Positions 1 through 13,620 of a stretch of 64,000 bases of DNA are shown in pieces (the stretch's first letter is position 1; each line of letters starts with the position of its first letter). The position numbers were made by a program, and so were the translations under genes. Origin of the DNA: Massalongia carnosa (lineage: Eukaryota); the NCBI GenBank assembly GCA_965645245.1, contig OZ287068.1, positions 2,170,001-2,234,000 on the forward strand. The letters are read 5' to 3'. A model generated the notes under the pieces. The model was not told the origin of the DNA. It made no database searches and saw nothing but the letters and a program-made list of their open reading frames with translations.

Positions 1-690
1 AGCAGAAAACACCTAGCTTGAAGGATGGGAAGGTTTTTGGATTGGGAGAACGATACGATAGCATCCACGAGAATGAATAGGTGCTTACTTACTACTTTGG
101 GGTTTGGGGATTTTAGGACTTGAGATGGATGGGATGAATGGATGATAGGTACGATAGGTAGAACAGATACGATAGCTAAAGCACGAATAAGTAAAAATAG
201 CAGCTATCAAACCGCAGGCTCGAAAGGCTCAGCCAATTTAGCCACACTCTTCATCAAGTTAACATGTGTGAAATTCTCCACTTAGCTTGATTGATTAACT
301 AACTAAATATATAAATCCTGCATGGAGGCTTATGTTGGCTTTTTTTTTCTTTTTCCTTTTCCTTTTTTTCGACTCAATGGACCGAGTCTGGGGGGGGTAA
401 AATATGGATGTATGTAAGATGGATGCGAAGAGAACAAAAGGGAAGGTTTGGCATGATTAGTTACCCGAATCTGTTCTGGAGATGTGGACAAGACAAAAAC
501 AAAACAAAAGAAGATAGATAACTTAAAGGTGAAAAAGAAAAGGCGGAAGGAAGTTTACACGAACGTTTGTTTTTTCAAGCCCCATGATAAAAATATGTTC
601 ACGCGGGCGACGCCGCAGCAAAAAGCAAACGTCAAACACTCACCCCGCCAAGGAAATTCCCACGTCCTTGCCCACCATGCACCACCCGAC

Positions 691-2697
<2,007 letters not shown>

Positions 2698-3066
2698 TTA
2701 GAGAGTGGGGTCAAATGTACAATGATCAGCAAGAGCTGCTCGGCACCATCGGGAACAGCTACCCATGTTCGCCATTCTCTTCTGGATGTGCGGCGTGATG
2801 CTTGGAGTGCTTGGAGAGCTCGTAGTGCTTGGAGCTAAGCATGCCATCGCTGCACACTCGGACGCTGGGGACAGCACCTTTAGGCGAGTTTCTGGCGTTT
2901 TTCGGGGAATAGGAAGACGGGAAAGCTTCTTCGAATGGAGGATAACTAACGTTCACTAGCGATTCTTGGGTGTTTCGTATTCATTTGTACGGAGTACGGA
3001 GTAGCTATTGGGGAGTGAAGGAACGAAGGGAAGGCGATTGAAAGGGAAATGACGGAAAAGAAGGTC

Positions 3067-3136
3067 CCTTATCGGTCATTGACTGGACCATTTGACACGC
3101 AACGCCCAGAGCATCTTATCGGAGCTCTCTCATTGG
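3067..3136 (-). promoter_or_regulatory. Two GATAAG (AreA/NIT2-type) sites and a CCAAT box about 0.6 kb upstream of gdhA
   Basis: cttatcgg at about 3068 and 3115 (CCGATAAG on the - strand) and cattgg at 3131. GATA-factor and CCAAT control of fungal gdhA/am is known, but these motifs are short. Confidence 0.3.
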
Positions 3137-4362
3137 TGGTATGCCCTTACCGAAACCTTACCAAACCCCTCCAGTGCCCATTTGCCCATTCAGCCCTAAC
3201 TATCGCTTAGGTATTTGCCTCTTCCAGCTTCCCCCTCGTCATCACGTGTACCCTCTCGCCCTTCTCCAAAACACACGCAACCCATGCGCAATGCATACGG
3301 GCTTGTGCGCACTGCGAGTGGCCAAACCCTTCCATGCGCGTTTTTGCCTTCGATGCGTCTTTTTCCTTTCGCTCTCCACAAAGGTGAAAGTGAACCCTTG
3401 GCATCCTCACAAGACGTGAAGATTGGACGTGGTTGCGGTGGTACATTACTAGCCCAGAGAGCCAAAAAGGAACCTTAAGCATTCTCCTATGGCTGTGACC
3501 GGCCATGACGGCCGAGGGCCTTCACCGGTTGACTTTACAAGCACTAGAACTGATGTTAACCTAACCCCCGCATTTCAATCGTAGGCCTGCCGAGATCAGT
3601 GTACCATTGGACCGAGTATCGAAGTTGGGGTTGAAGTTAAATGGATCGCATGATGCAAACTGAACAGACAGAAAGTCCCCAAGCTCAAGCTGTCAAAGCT
3701 TGGCCCTTGTGCCTCGTTGTTTGGATGCGTTCGGAATGTGCAGCACCTACTCGTGCTTTTACTTTGGTGCTTCCTACACTAAAAAAACATAATAGGAAAA
3801 TGTCTATTTAACCCAGGTTAGTCCCTAGAGCTTGAAATAGCATCGTTAATTACGGTATACGAAGGAGCCGCAAAAGAAAATAGAGCAACCAGAACATCTT
3901 CTTCGTTCTTCTCCATTAATGTTTTTATGATCATTCATCTGCAGAAGTGATCTTGCCTCGGGACATAGTCAAGTCCCGAACGAGGCAAATATGAAGCCAG
4001 GCTAACAACCACTTTGTAGTTGTCGCTATCGAGTTATTATTCGATACCGCTATGTCCGCATGTGTAACAACGTCATCTTCAACATAAGCGAGTATACATC
4101 GGCCAGTTGGGCAGGGTGTACGTGATAAGCACGCCAGATAACACGAAATTATTCAGTCAAAGACCAGAAGCACTGATGATTTGGGCGGCAGAGCTCACAA
4201 TATTATGAAGAAAACCTTTAGAGGCTAGCTATCTGTACGCAACGCGTGCATCGACTCTTAGACCACCAGTAACGTTGTGGAGGGATGAACTGAGTGGTGT
4301 GCGTGGTCCACTACTGCTAGGAGTGCAAGAGAACAAACCAACAAGAGAAGAACTGAACAATA

Positions 4363-6238
4363 TCCGTGCCGCGTAGCTGGCACTCAGTCCTGTGGACTGA
4401 GTGCCGAACACCCATATAACCGTTTCACCCATATAACCGAAAATTTAAATATTTTGACCAACCACCTTGATAAATTATCATCAACATCATCATGTCTTCC
4501 ACTTATCAGGAAATTGAGGCTCGAATTCAACTAGCTATTGATCATCTACGGAAAAATCCTACAGCTAAAAGAGCTAAAATTGCGCGTCAATTCGACGTGC
4601 CTTCGCAGCGACTTCGTTTTCGACTTCAAGGTCATCCCCCCGCATCTGACGTACGAGGACTGCATGGACGTCGATTATCATCTGATCAAGACTTGGCCTT
4701 AGTCTTATATATTCAACGAATGATCGCATTAGGCCTTCATCCTCGTCTTCGAATGATAGAAGCAGCTGCCAATAAGTTGCTAATGCAGGGCTGGACTGAT
4801 TCGACCCCACCACAACCATTGAGTCATGCATGGGCCACGCGATGGATGAGTCGTCATTCTGAATTTCAGAAGATTAAACGCAAGCCTATTGCAGCCGTAC
4901 GAAAGAATGCGGAGGACCCGGTCGTTTTACGAGCTCATTTTAATCAGTACAGTCAGATAGTGCAGGAGCATGGCATATGTGATGAGGACAAATGGAATTT
5001 TGATGAGACGGGCTTTCGATTGGGCATCGCACGATCAGATTGGGTCATTACTTTAGCAGATGACAAGCAGAAAAAGGTGTTTTCTAAAGATCCAGACAAT
5101 CGTGAAAGTTTGACAGCCATCGAATGTATAAATGGCGCTGGGGGCAGCATTCCTTCATTTCTCATACTCAGTGGATTGATGATTCAAGGTTCATGGGCCG
5201 AAAATGATTTGAATGATGGAGTCATGCTTTCGACAGCCGAGACTGGTTATTCAAATGACTGGTTATCTATAGAATGGCTGAAGCATTTCGATAAGCACTC
5301 CTCAAAGAGTCAAAAAGGGGCGTATCGACTGCTAATGATGGATGGTTATGGGTCGCATCATACTATTGAATTTATTGAGTACTGCAATGAGGCCAAAATT
5401 ATCCCCTTCGGCCTGCCACCTCATACGACTCATCTGTTGCAACCATTGGACGTCGTAGTTTTTCAGCCCCTGAAACATTGGCATGCTGAGGCGGTTAAGG
5501 ATGCAATGGCCCATGGGGACGAGACGTTTAATAAGGTGGAATTTTTGAATGCTTTCAACTCGTTTCGAAATAAAGCATTCAAAATTACGACTATAAAATC
5601 AGCATGGAAGGCCGTGGGCATCATTCCTTTCGATCCGTCCGTTGTCTTCGATAAATTGGGATCAGGGGCCTCGTACATTGAGGCCGATCCTTTTGCTGAT
5701 ATTTATGATCAAACACCTGATCATTCGGATAATGATCTTTCGGACCCGCAAACTCCGAAGTATTTGAGTGCTTTGCTTCAAGCTTCGTATGAAATTGAGG
5801 CTCAATATCCGAAATTCGTCAAAGGCGCTTTAGCATGTGCTCGAGAAAGCGAGCTGTTATCGGATCAATTAGCACTGACTAAAGCAGCCGAAAACGCTCG
5901 AAAGGTGAGGGCCAATCAGAGCAAGCATTACGTTCAAAAAGGAGGAGTTATTCAGGTGGATCAATGCAGAAGAATGACTTTCGAGCGAAAGGAGGAAGAG
6001 GAGCAATTGGAGTCGGATCGTCAGAAGAAGGCTGATCGTCAACAACGAAAGCGATGGGGGCCGATATTTAGGGAGTTGAAACGGAAGATACCATATTATA
6101 TAATGAATGGCTCGTATGGTTTATCAAAACGTTGATAACCTGATGTTTTTGGGCCTGTAGGTGAAATAGTGAAATATTCGGTTATATGGGTGTTCGGCAC
6201 TCAGTCCTGTGGACTGAGTGCCAGCTACGCGGCACGGA
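4363..6238 (+). mobile_element. pogo/Fot1-type DNA transposon, full length
   Basis: 60-bp TIRs (4363-4422, 6179-6238), TA at 4361-4362 and 6239-6240, uninterrupted transposase ORF. Confidence 0.95.
4492..6135 (+). CDS. pogo/Fot1 transposase (HTH + CENP-B-type HTH + DDE_1, DD35D)
   Basis: Motifs WNFDETGF, DGYGSH and HLLQPLDV, with 35 residues between the 2nd and 3rd Asp; 547-aa open frame. Confidence 0.95.
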   Translation: MSSTYQEIEARIQLAIDHLRKNPTAKRAKIARQFDVPSQRLRFRLQGHPPASDVRGLHGRRLSSDQDLALVLYIQRMIALGLHPRLRMIEAAANKLLMQGWTDSTPPQPLSHAWATRWMSRHSEFQKIKRKPIAAVRKNAEDPVVLRAHFNQYSQIVQEHGICDEDKWNFDETGFRLGIARSDWVITLADDKQKKVFSKDPDNRESLTAIECINGAGGSIPSFLILSGLMIQGSWAENDLNDGVMLSTAETGYSNDWLSIEWLKHFDKHSSKSQKGAYRLLMMDGYGSHHTIEFIEYCNEAKIIPFGLPPHTTHLLQPLDVVVFQPLKHWHAEAVKDAMAHGDETFNKVEFLNAFNSFRNKAFKITTIKSAWKAVGIIPFDPSVVFDKLGSGASYIEADPFADIYDQTPDHSDNDLSDPQTPKYLSALLQASYEIEAQYPKFVKGALACARESELLSDQLALTKAAENARKVRANQSKHYVQKGGVIQVDQCRRMTFERKEEEEQLESDRQKKADRQQRKRWGPIFRELKRKIPYYIMNGSYGLSKR

Positions 6239-6466
6239 TAGAATAAGAACAATAGCTAGACTGGTCACTATATGCCTCGTGCCTCGTGCCTCTGTATGTG
6301 AACTGTATGTGTTGATGCTATGCTGTGAGCATGCTTGCTCTGTGTCAGAACTGTCTAGTTATATATAAGAAAGACTGTCACCTGACTTCCCCGCAACCTT
6401 TACCAACTCCCGAACCGCTAGCAAATTGGATTTTTGAGCATAACCGCTCCACCCCCCTACAACGTA

Positions 6467-7804
6467 CAGTACTAGGTCAAAAGTTTCCGACAGCCCCACC
6501 ATCAACTTTTTACCCCCCCACTGCTTTGAATTATCAACTATCAAGTTGTTATTTTGATGTCTTGAAACTTCGTACGATGATTACATACATTATAGCAAGT
6601 ACATTGGGCTGAGAAATATATTTTTAATATTTCGTATACCATCCTTTTGACTGGATGCAAGCTTCAATCCTCCTTTCCATGCTGTCTACTAAACTCTTCA
6701 GCATTTCCTCATCTATCAAGGCCCATGCTTCTTCCAAAGCTTTCCAAAGTACCTCGCGGACCCTATCATCACCACCAGTCACCGAGTCGATGTCCGGATT
6801 GACCTGGTAGACGAGCTTTTTGAGCACGTACCAAACGTGCTCGATGGGATTCAAATCAGGAGAATAAGGGGGCCAATCGATGACTGTTATACCGTTTTCA
6901 TCGAACCATTTCTTCACCTTTTTGGCAGTGTGGATGGGGGCATTATCCTGCATGAAAATGAGACCTGGTTCCCAAATTCCAAGCAGATTATCGTTCAATA
7001 ATTCCAAATATGAATTCGCGGAGTACCCCATCTTCTTTGCCTCGAAATCGCGGGCCAATTTGTAAAGATCCGACCTCCCCCCCCCCCAAAAAGCCCCCCA
7101 TACCATGACCTTAACCTCTTTTCCTTTGCCGTACGGTTGTATCATAGGTTTTTTCCATTTTTCGTCCGGAAACCTGAACACCCATTGACGCTGTTTTCCC
7201 GACCCCTTTTCCACCGAGCACTCGTCTGACCATATTATTTTTGACCACTGCTCAAAATTCCACTCACGCCGAAGCAAGCACCAGTCCAGTCTCTTCTTTG
7301 CCACCTCGGGCGTCAATAAAGGTCGCTTTTTAGCCAGCCAGTTTGTTAGACCATAGTCTTTGAGCGTCCGATAGAGAGTGGATCGACTACATTGCACCTC
7401 AACCTCCGTACGCAGCTGCGCGTAGGTGATGCGTGGATTGATTCGCGCAAGTTTGATGATACGTCTTCGATCGCGGTTCGAAAGTATTCCAGGCCGACCC
7501 GATCGCGATTTGGACTTTTCGTTGTTGCGTTCTGGGTGCTTTTGAAGAGTGTAAATGACGGTGGTTCGAGGCACATTTAATGTCTTTGCAATTTCGGCCG
7601 GTGCATGCCCCAACGCCTAGGCTCCAATAATCATGCCTCTTTGACATTGATTCAATTCGGTATTACGAGGCTTATTACCAGAAATTGAAGTCAACGGAGT
7701 GCGTGGCATGGTGAAATGATGAGGTCAAAGTTGATGGGTTGGTAGGTTAAAACGCGAAATCACGAAAATCGCGGGTAGAGTCGGAAACTTTTGACACGGG
7801 ACTG
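6467..7804 (-). mobile_element. Tc1/impala-like DNA transposon, 1338 bp
   Basis: Imperfect 25-bp TIRs (cagtactaggtcaaaagtttccgac vs cagtcccgtgtcaaaagtttccgac), TA at 6465-6466 and 7805-7806. Confidence 0.92.
6624..7709 (-). pseudogene. Tc1 DD34E transposase with one premature TAG at codon 31 (7617-7619)
   Basis: MPRTPLTSISGN...RGMIIGA*ALGH..., then WSDE, FMQDNAPIH, SPDLNPIEHVW; 34 residues between D and E. Confidence 0.9.
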
Positions 7805-10800
7805 TAACAGCATCCCGGAGGTTTGGAAATTATTTAATGCCACTCCGGATGGCCGGTGATGTGATGAACCTAAAGATATCGCAACATGTCGCTCTTAGCT
7901 GAAGCGCTAGAATCCGTTATGCGCATTTAGGTGAAGGTAACGCAAGTAGAAGAGGTTACCTTGGACCTTTTTCGAGTATTGTTCCCGGAGCTCTAGGGAC
8001 TTTGAGGCTGTCCTCAAATCCTCATGATCGAAGGCACGAGTCAGCTATATTATCTTTCGGTATATTTCCTATCAGGATATGAGGATTCGACCAGAACAGT
8101 CCGCAGAAAGCATCGCGCGTGTACAATCCCCGCAAGCGCCACATGAACGCTGCTAGCCACGGGAAGGCCGAAATGTTCTATTTCCTCGGAATAAATGATA
8201 TCACCTATGGTGATGCCTCTCACAGCAGCCGAGAGAGCTGCGTGAGCCTTTAGTACGAGGTAACGAGCATGCTTTCAACAAAATATTGGAAAACTTGAAA
8301 GTATCACATATGGTCTCTGTCTGAGTTTCATTAGCAAACTTGTAGCTGTTTCTCCACGTGGGCTGCTGCGTAATACGAGTTTCGGAATGCATTTACTCTC
8401 TTCACAATCTTCCGATTGTGACATGCGCTGTGGATCTTCCATTCTGAGGGTAAGAAAGAGTGAATCTTGGGATATTGCTGATGTTTTCCCCGCACCGTTC
8501 CAAAACATCGATTTTAGCTGGATACATGTTGGTAACTTGCGAATCAAATTGATTTAGGACCGAAGCTTTGAAGACGATCCTCGTGCTTCGGATCAAACAA
8601 GAAGATGGTAAAAACATAACGTCAAGCTAAAATTGAGTGTTCCGAGTATTGGACCCAAGAGTGGCGTGTATTCAACAGTAAGAAGCTTACAATACTCCGT
8701 ATCTTGAGCGAATCAAGCATATTTCCGGATTCTGAGTCTAAAGGTTTTTCAACGATAAAGGTGATTGCTTCACTCGAAGAGTAGCCTCGTTCTTCCTAAG
8801 AGATTGACAAAGGAACAAAAAATCCTGCTCTGTAGGTCAACACATAAATGTCTATCAAAAACAATGAGAGTATGCATTGTAATGTTCACAGTTGATGAAG
8901 CCTCATAGCTTATCCTTTCGTAACGGTTAATAGCGTCAAAATTGTGGAAGAACCAATAAATAGTCCCTCGATTTTGCGCCCCCTGTGCTAGTTTCTGCGA
9001 GGATAGTTACAAGCGTCCTAGACAACTTGGAAATGATACCTATTAGCATTGGCTGAATGCTGTGCTATCATAAGATTCAGTTTCGCGAGGCATTTCAGCA
9101 ATTCCTGGGGTTCGCAAAGATTGAGCAGTAGATAACATAAACTTAGGGATTGTAAATCCATTATCTTGAAAGGCGGCCGTTCGACATGGTTTGTGGCACT
9201 ATTACGAAGCCTCTTGAAATGGCGGCTGAGGTTTGACCCTTGGAACCAGATTTGCCAGGCTAATGCAGCTGCATGAACTCGTTCCCGGAAACCCTAAGCC
9301 CAAAGTTTCTTTCATAATAGCTGAAAAGCGGGCCTATGGAAATATTTAGCTTCGAGTGGGAATCAATCAAAGGTAACGAACACTAATCACACGTGCCTTA
9401 AACAAAGACATCGTGATCCAGTGAGGGTTCGTGATTGCCGATGGAATGATCAGTCCCATGATCTCCCAGACTTACAGAAAAAACTAGGTGGAATTTTCTT
9501 AGACAATGTTAGTGCATGCCATCTCCAACTGTGGTCGAGACAGGAATACTTCTGTCTCTTCGTCTTGACGTCTTTAGCAGTCTACGGTTAGTCTTTTTGA
9601 GATGGTTGAACCATTAAATGATGAACTTGACATGGAACTCGTGATCTGTCAGGTAGTTTAAAGATCGTAAACGCAGCACCAGAGGGAAACTAGCTTATCA
9701 AGTTATGAAGCATCGAACCCTATGTCCAAAAGTTCCGAATTCAACCAACTCAGTTAAGATATTTATACATTGTAACAAGTCCATTTTTCTGGAGATACAA
9801 GTACAGTCCGTCATGGCACTATCTTCAGGTGATGTTATCTACGCTTGAGGAGAACAGCAGAATAATACCATGCGGGCTAAAGAATAGAGGTAAGGAACGG
9901 CTCACAGTTTCACGTCAAGACATATGACCGTGAGACAGGGCCCCTGGGAAGCGGCGGTTGACCTACATAGATGACGACATTATACCTCATTAGGATAGTG
10001 TGATCGAGGTACTCGAGAATCTTACGTACATCATGGTACGAGTACAGAGTACAAAGCACCCACCGAGTATATCCGCCAAGGGTGTCTGTACCGGGCTATA
10101 CAAAGTAGCATTACAGAATGGCTTCTGTGTAGATCCAAGCCCCGATTTGCAGTTGAACCAAGGATTTGGATGTAGGTAACCCAGAAGATCAAGAAAGTGA
10201 AGGAGGCAAACCGAGACCTTTACGAACCGAACTCCGCTCATCAAGATGGTCTACCTGAAAGCACACGTAAAAGGTAGTGATGCGAATTATTGGAAGAGAC
10301 CCCCCGACATGGGGACTTGACAAGAAAGACAGAGTATCCGGATATAGATATACACTATCAATTCCAGTGTGGCAAGCTTAACTATAGATCTTGAAGTCAT
10401 GAGGCTACTAACACCAAACGATGCTCCGAGTAATTCCAGGGCGCATAATATTTGGGTCGGCATGAGATGGGTGATAAAACACTCCTCTAGCTGGTTGCTA
10501 TGAATGGCTTGGAAAACAGCCACAACACTCAAGCGGGTGGGGAAGGATAATGGTGTGAGCCACAAGAGGGGAGGACTGCTTGTATAGGGGTGAGATGATG
10601 CGATAGGATCTAGACCCCCGACTGCTGCTTCTTGCATTCAGGGAAGACAGAACCTGGACTGGCTGAGCAGTGTAGCAATGAAAGCTGAATGGTTATGGAA
10701 TGTTGCAATGGTCATCGGCAGAATATCTAAGACTGTCGGTCTAGTGGGAGTGTACGAAAGCGAAAAAATGCGATCAAGAGGAAGGACTACGAGTACAATA

Positions 10801-11282
10801 CGCGACTTAAGTTAACTAACCGAATCCTAAGGAGATTTCCCGACCGAAGAGGCCGTTCACGAACAAAAGCCCCACCACCGCCTACCCTGATTGCTGGACT
10901 ACCTGACAATGGACATATATACTACATGTCGTCCTTTCCTTCTCCTTGTGGAGTCGCAACTTGGCTTGTATCAACGGACCATTAACCTTTGCTCTTGGCC
11001 TTACCTAGGATCGGCACCAGAGGGAGTGAGAGTGCGGGAATAGCTTTGATACTTGCTCCCCTCAACGCAGATATCAGCTTGTCTCGATTCTTTGGTGAAT
11101 TCCACCTCGACGAACTATAAAACGCTTTGGCTTCAGCTTAACGGCTCCGCTTCCATCCACCATCCCGCGTTTCGGGGGCCATTTACTCCGGTTTGTCACG
11201 GCGTTTGCATCAGCATAAATGGTAAGTTGGGCTTCTGGAAACGTGTTCAATTCCATCATATCCACACCTAACATGATCTCAG

Positions 11283-11990
11283 ATGGACTTTCATGACTCC
11301 CTGAATGGTGCTGCGCATCATCAGTTCCAGTATGCTGCATTTGCCAATTTTACCCCCCAGACAGGATCGGCCGAACCGCTCCCTCAACGAGCCGACCATC
11401 CTCACTTTGACATCTTTGATTGGTATCCCAAGTATCAGTCCTGTCAAAAATATTTCGTGGAGCATGCACAACAAAGTGGTCCTGTGCAAGCTGTCGCTGC
11501 CTTTGTCAATATTCAGCTCCCATACCAACATGCTGCCAATCCCATCACCGGTGCGCCCCCCCGGCTTAGCCAAGTCAACATATTTCCACGTGCTAGTGTC
11601 GAACCACACCAAAATTATTCAACGCTTTCTTTGATTCCTTACCTTCGACGCCTTGTCGTCACAGGCCTCGATTTTCCGGGCGTTCTACACGGCTTTTTCG
11701 GCGACGATTGGGCTTCTGGCGTGGGGCCGCTACACGAGCAAGAACGACGAAACTACCTTTTTGCTGCTAAGAGTGGAGGCTGGGCTTCTGTCAAGAGGGA
11801 TTACGACATGCTGCCCTTGGAGACAGTGCCATTCATGCGACCACTGCAAGGAGCGGTGATTGCGGAGATTGAGGCGGCCGAGAAGAGCTGGAGTGAATGG
11901 TTGGCCATGGAAGACTGGATGGTAGGACCAAGAGCGCCAGAACATATGGAAGGTGGAGAGCATGCAGCCAGAGGGCGGGCAAACAGATGA
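11283..11990 (+). CDS. Conserved fungal hypothetical protein; probable 5' intron 11222-11282 after an ATG at 11219
   Basis: 235-aa ORF with Pezizomycotina-like blocks FDIFDWYPKYQSC..YF, LIPYLRRLVVTGLD, RRNYLFAAKSGGW, WSEWLAMEDWMVGPR; upstream gtaagt...ctaac...cag. Confidence 0.8.
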   Translation: MDFHDSLNGAAHHQFQYAAFANFTPQTGSAEPLPQRADHPHFDIFDWYPKYQSCQKYFVEHAQQSGPVQAVAAFVNIQLPYQHAANPITGAPPRLSQVNIFPRASVEPHQNYSTLSLIPYLRRLVVTGLDFPGVLHGFFGDDWASGVGPLHEQERRNYLFAAKSGGWASVKRDYDMLPLETVPFMRPLQGAVIAEIEAAEKSWSEWLAMEDWMVGPRAPEHMEGGEHAARGRANR

Positions 11991-12806
11991 GGAGGAGGTG
12001 AACTACCACCGTCAGCTGCTAGGTTTGGGCGGATAACTATTCACTGTTGTCTTTTGATGTTAAGGGAACTCGATTCAAATGACGAAGCATTTTGGGAGGT
12101 TGCAAGATCTCCGTTGTGTGGAGTTCAACGTCTCCCTTATGAGTCGTTCATACGAGCTCATTTTCGCTACAGGTATGTCCAGTTGGTGTACCTGTATCCA
12201 CACATGGTATTTTAGGTAAATCAGGAACGTGGAAGCAACATTCAAGCTTGCGCTAAAGTATGCGACCGCTTCTGAATGCTGTACCTGGGGACTCCAAGGT
12301 AAGTACTCTCAACTCCAGTCATGTTAGCCAATGAAGCTTTAGCACAACTGCCAAGAAGATACTAAGTACTCCGCTATGCAAGGATACTGTTTCAAGCATG
12401 ACGCAGGGATCCGAACCTTACCTTGGGTAAGCTCATCCAGCAATAGGTATTCATCATTTCAATCAACACCTGTCATCATTGTTTAACATCATTAATCCGC
12501 ATTTTCCTCACTTTGCCGACTTTCTCCGGCACAGGCCACAGCCCTATAGCCGAGAAGTGAAAATCCTGAGCCACGCCACAAAATCTACATCTGGTTAGGG
12601 TAGAGCTACGCATTAGGGTAAGTCCACTTGGGGATCACGGTCTCTTTCGGGAAAGATGAGGAGGTGCCTGATTAGGAGTCAAGCCATCGACTGCTTAACC
12701 ATTGAATTGCTGGAGTAATAGGAGAATGTTGATGGTTGCTGTTACCTCGTTTTTATTTTGTATTTTCTAACCTTTCCTACTTGTATAAAAGGTTGACTTT
12801 CCAAAT

Positions 12807-13620
12807 ATGCTCACCAATTGGATCTCTTTCGCGTCAACCGTAGGGGTTATATTGTCCTTATGGTCCGTGGTACATGGTGCTCCAGACTTGGATCCTCGGA
12901 AAGCGTGTAATGATAACGAGGTCCTGCAAGCTCTGAAAAAAAGTGGAAACATCGGGATCAAAATTCTGTGGTCCATCTTCACACTGTCACTATGATGAAG
13001 ATAGCCTCTGCGACCACAGTGATCGCGTATTTATCCCGTCTGCTGAGTTAACAGGAGTAGTCTTGGCTCTCCTGGCGCTTTCGAGTTTCATCAAGAGAAG
13101 AGTAATAACCTAATAACGGCCAGGTCGTTGTGCATACTAGTGATCATCAATGGGCCCACCACCACCATTTCATTCACCAACAGGCCTTCTGCGGAGCCCG
13201 TTCATGACAAGCAACATTTCAACGTGAACCAGCCACGGGCAATTATAACATAAAAAGCCATCCCGACACCAGCCGGCCTTGCCTGCCATCCCACCTCTTG
13301 GATATTCTCCGCTTGCTCGTGCCTGAGGTTGCCCACCAAGTTGACAGTGACGGAAATGCCTACTGTACGTACGATACCTTCTACCTATTCTCGCATGGAC
13401 AATATGCAAAAAGAAGTTCTACTAAGCCTTACGTTGTACAGGAATATAAGATGCACACTTCGTTCATTTCGGTCACCTTGACAACAACCGTTTATTCTGG
13501 CATACCAGTCCCGTTGTTTTTGCGCTTCTAGCCTACCGGGATATACTAAATACTGCCCACTAGAATGTTACGCCAAGAATGGCGGGCCAACCATCTATCA
13601 AACGGTTGCTCCAGATCCCG
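12807..13620 (+). pseudogene. Decayed secreted Thr-rich protein with a SACSCL motif
   Basis: Signal peptide MLTNWISFASTVGVILSLWSVVHGA, then ACNDNEVLQALKK, frameshifted KFC, and later IPTPAGLACHPTSWIFSACSCL (13260-13326); several stops and frameshifts; 3' end uncertain. Confidence 0.5.

Larger units (their letters stand above)
4276..6461 (-). mobile_element. Probable solo LTR (about 308 bp once the nested pogo is removed)
   Basis: TG...CA ends with imperfect inverted termini (tgtggaggg / ccccctaca), ACGT on both sides (4272-4275, 6462-6465), and a TATA-like ttatatataag at about 6359. Confidence 0.6.

Noticed and set aside
7900..10700. Possible decayed gene(s)
   Set aside because: Only short ORFs with no recognisable motif or consistent splice model
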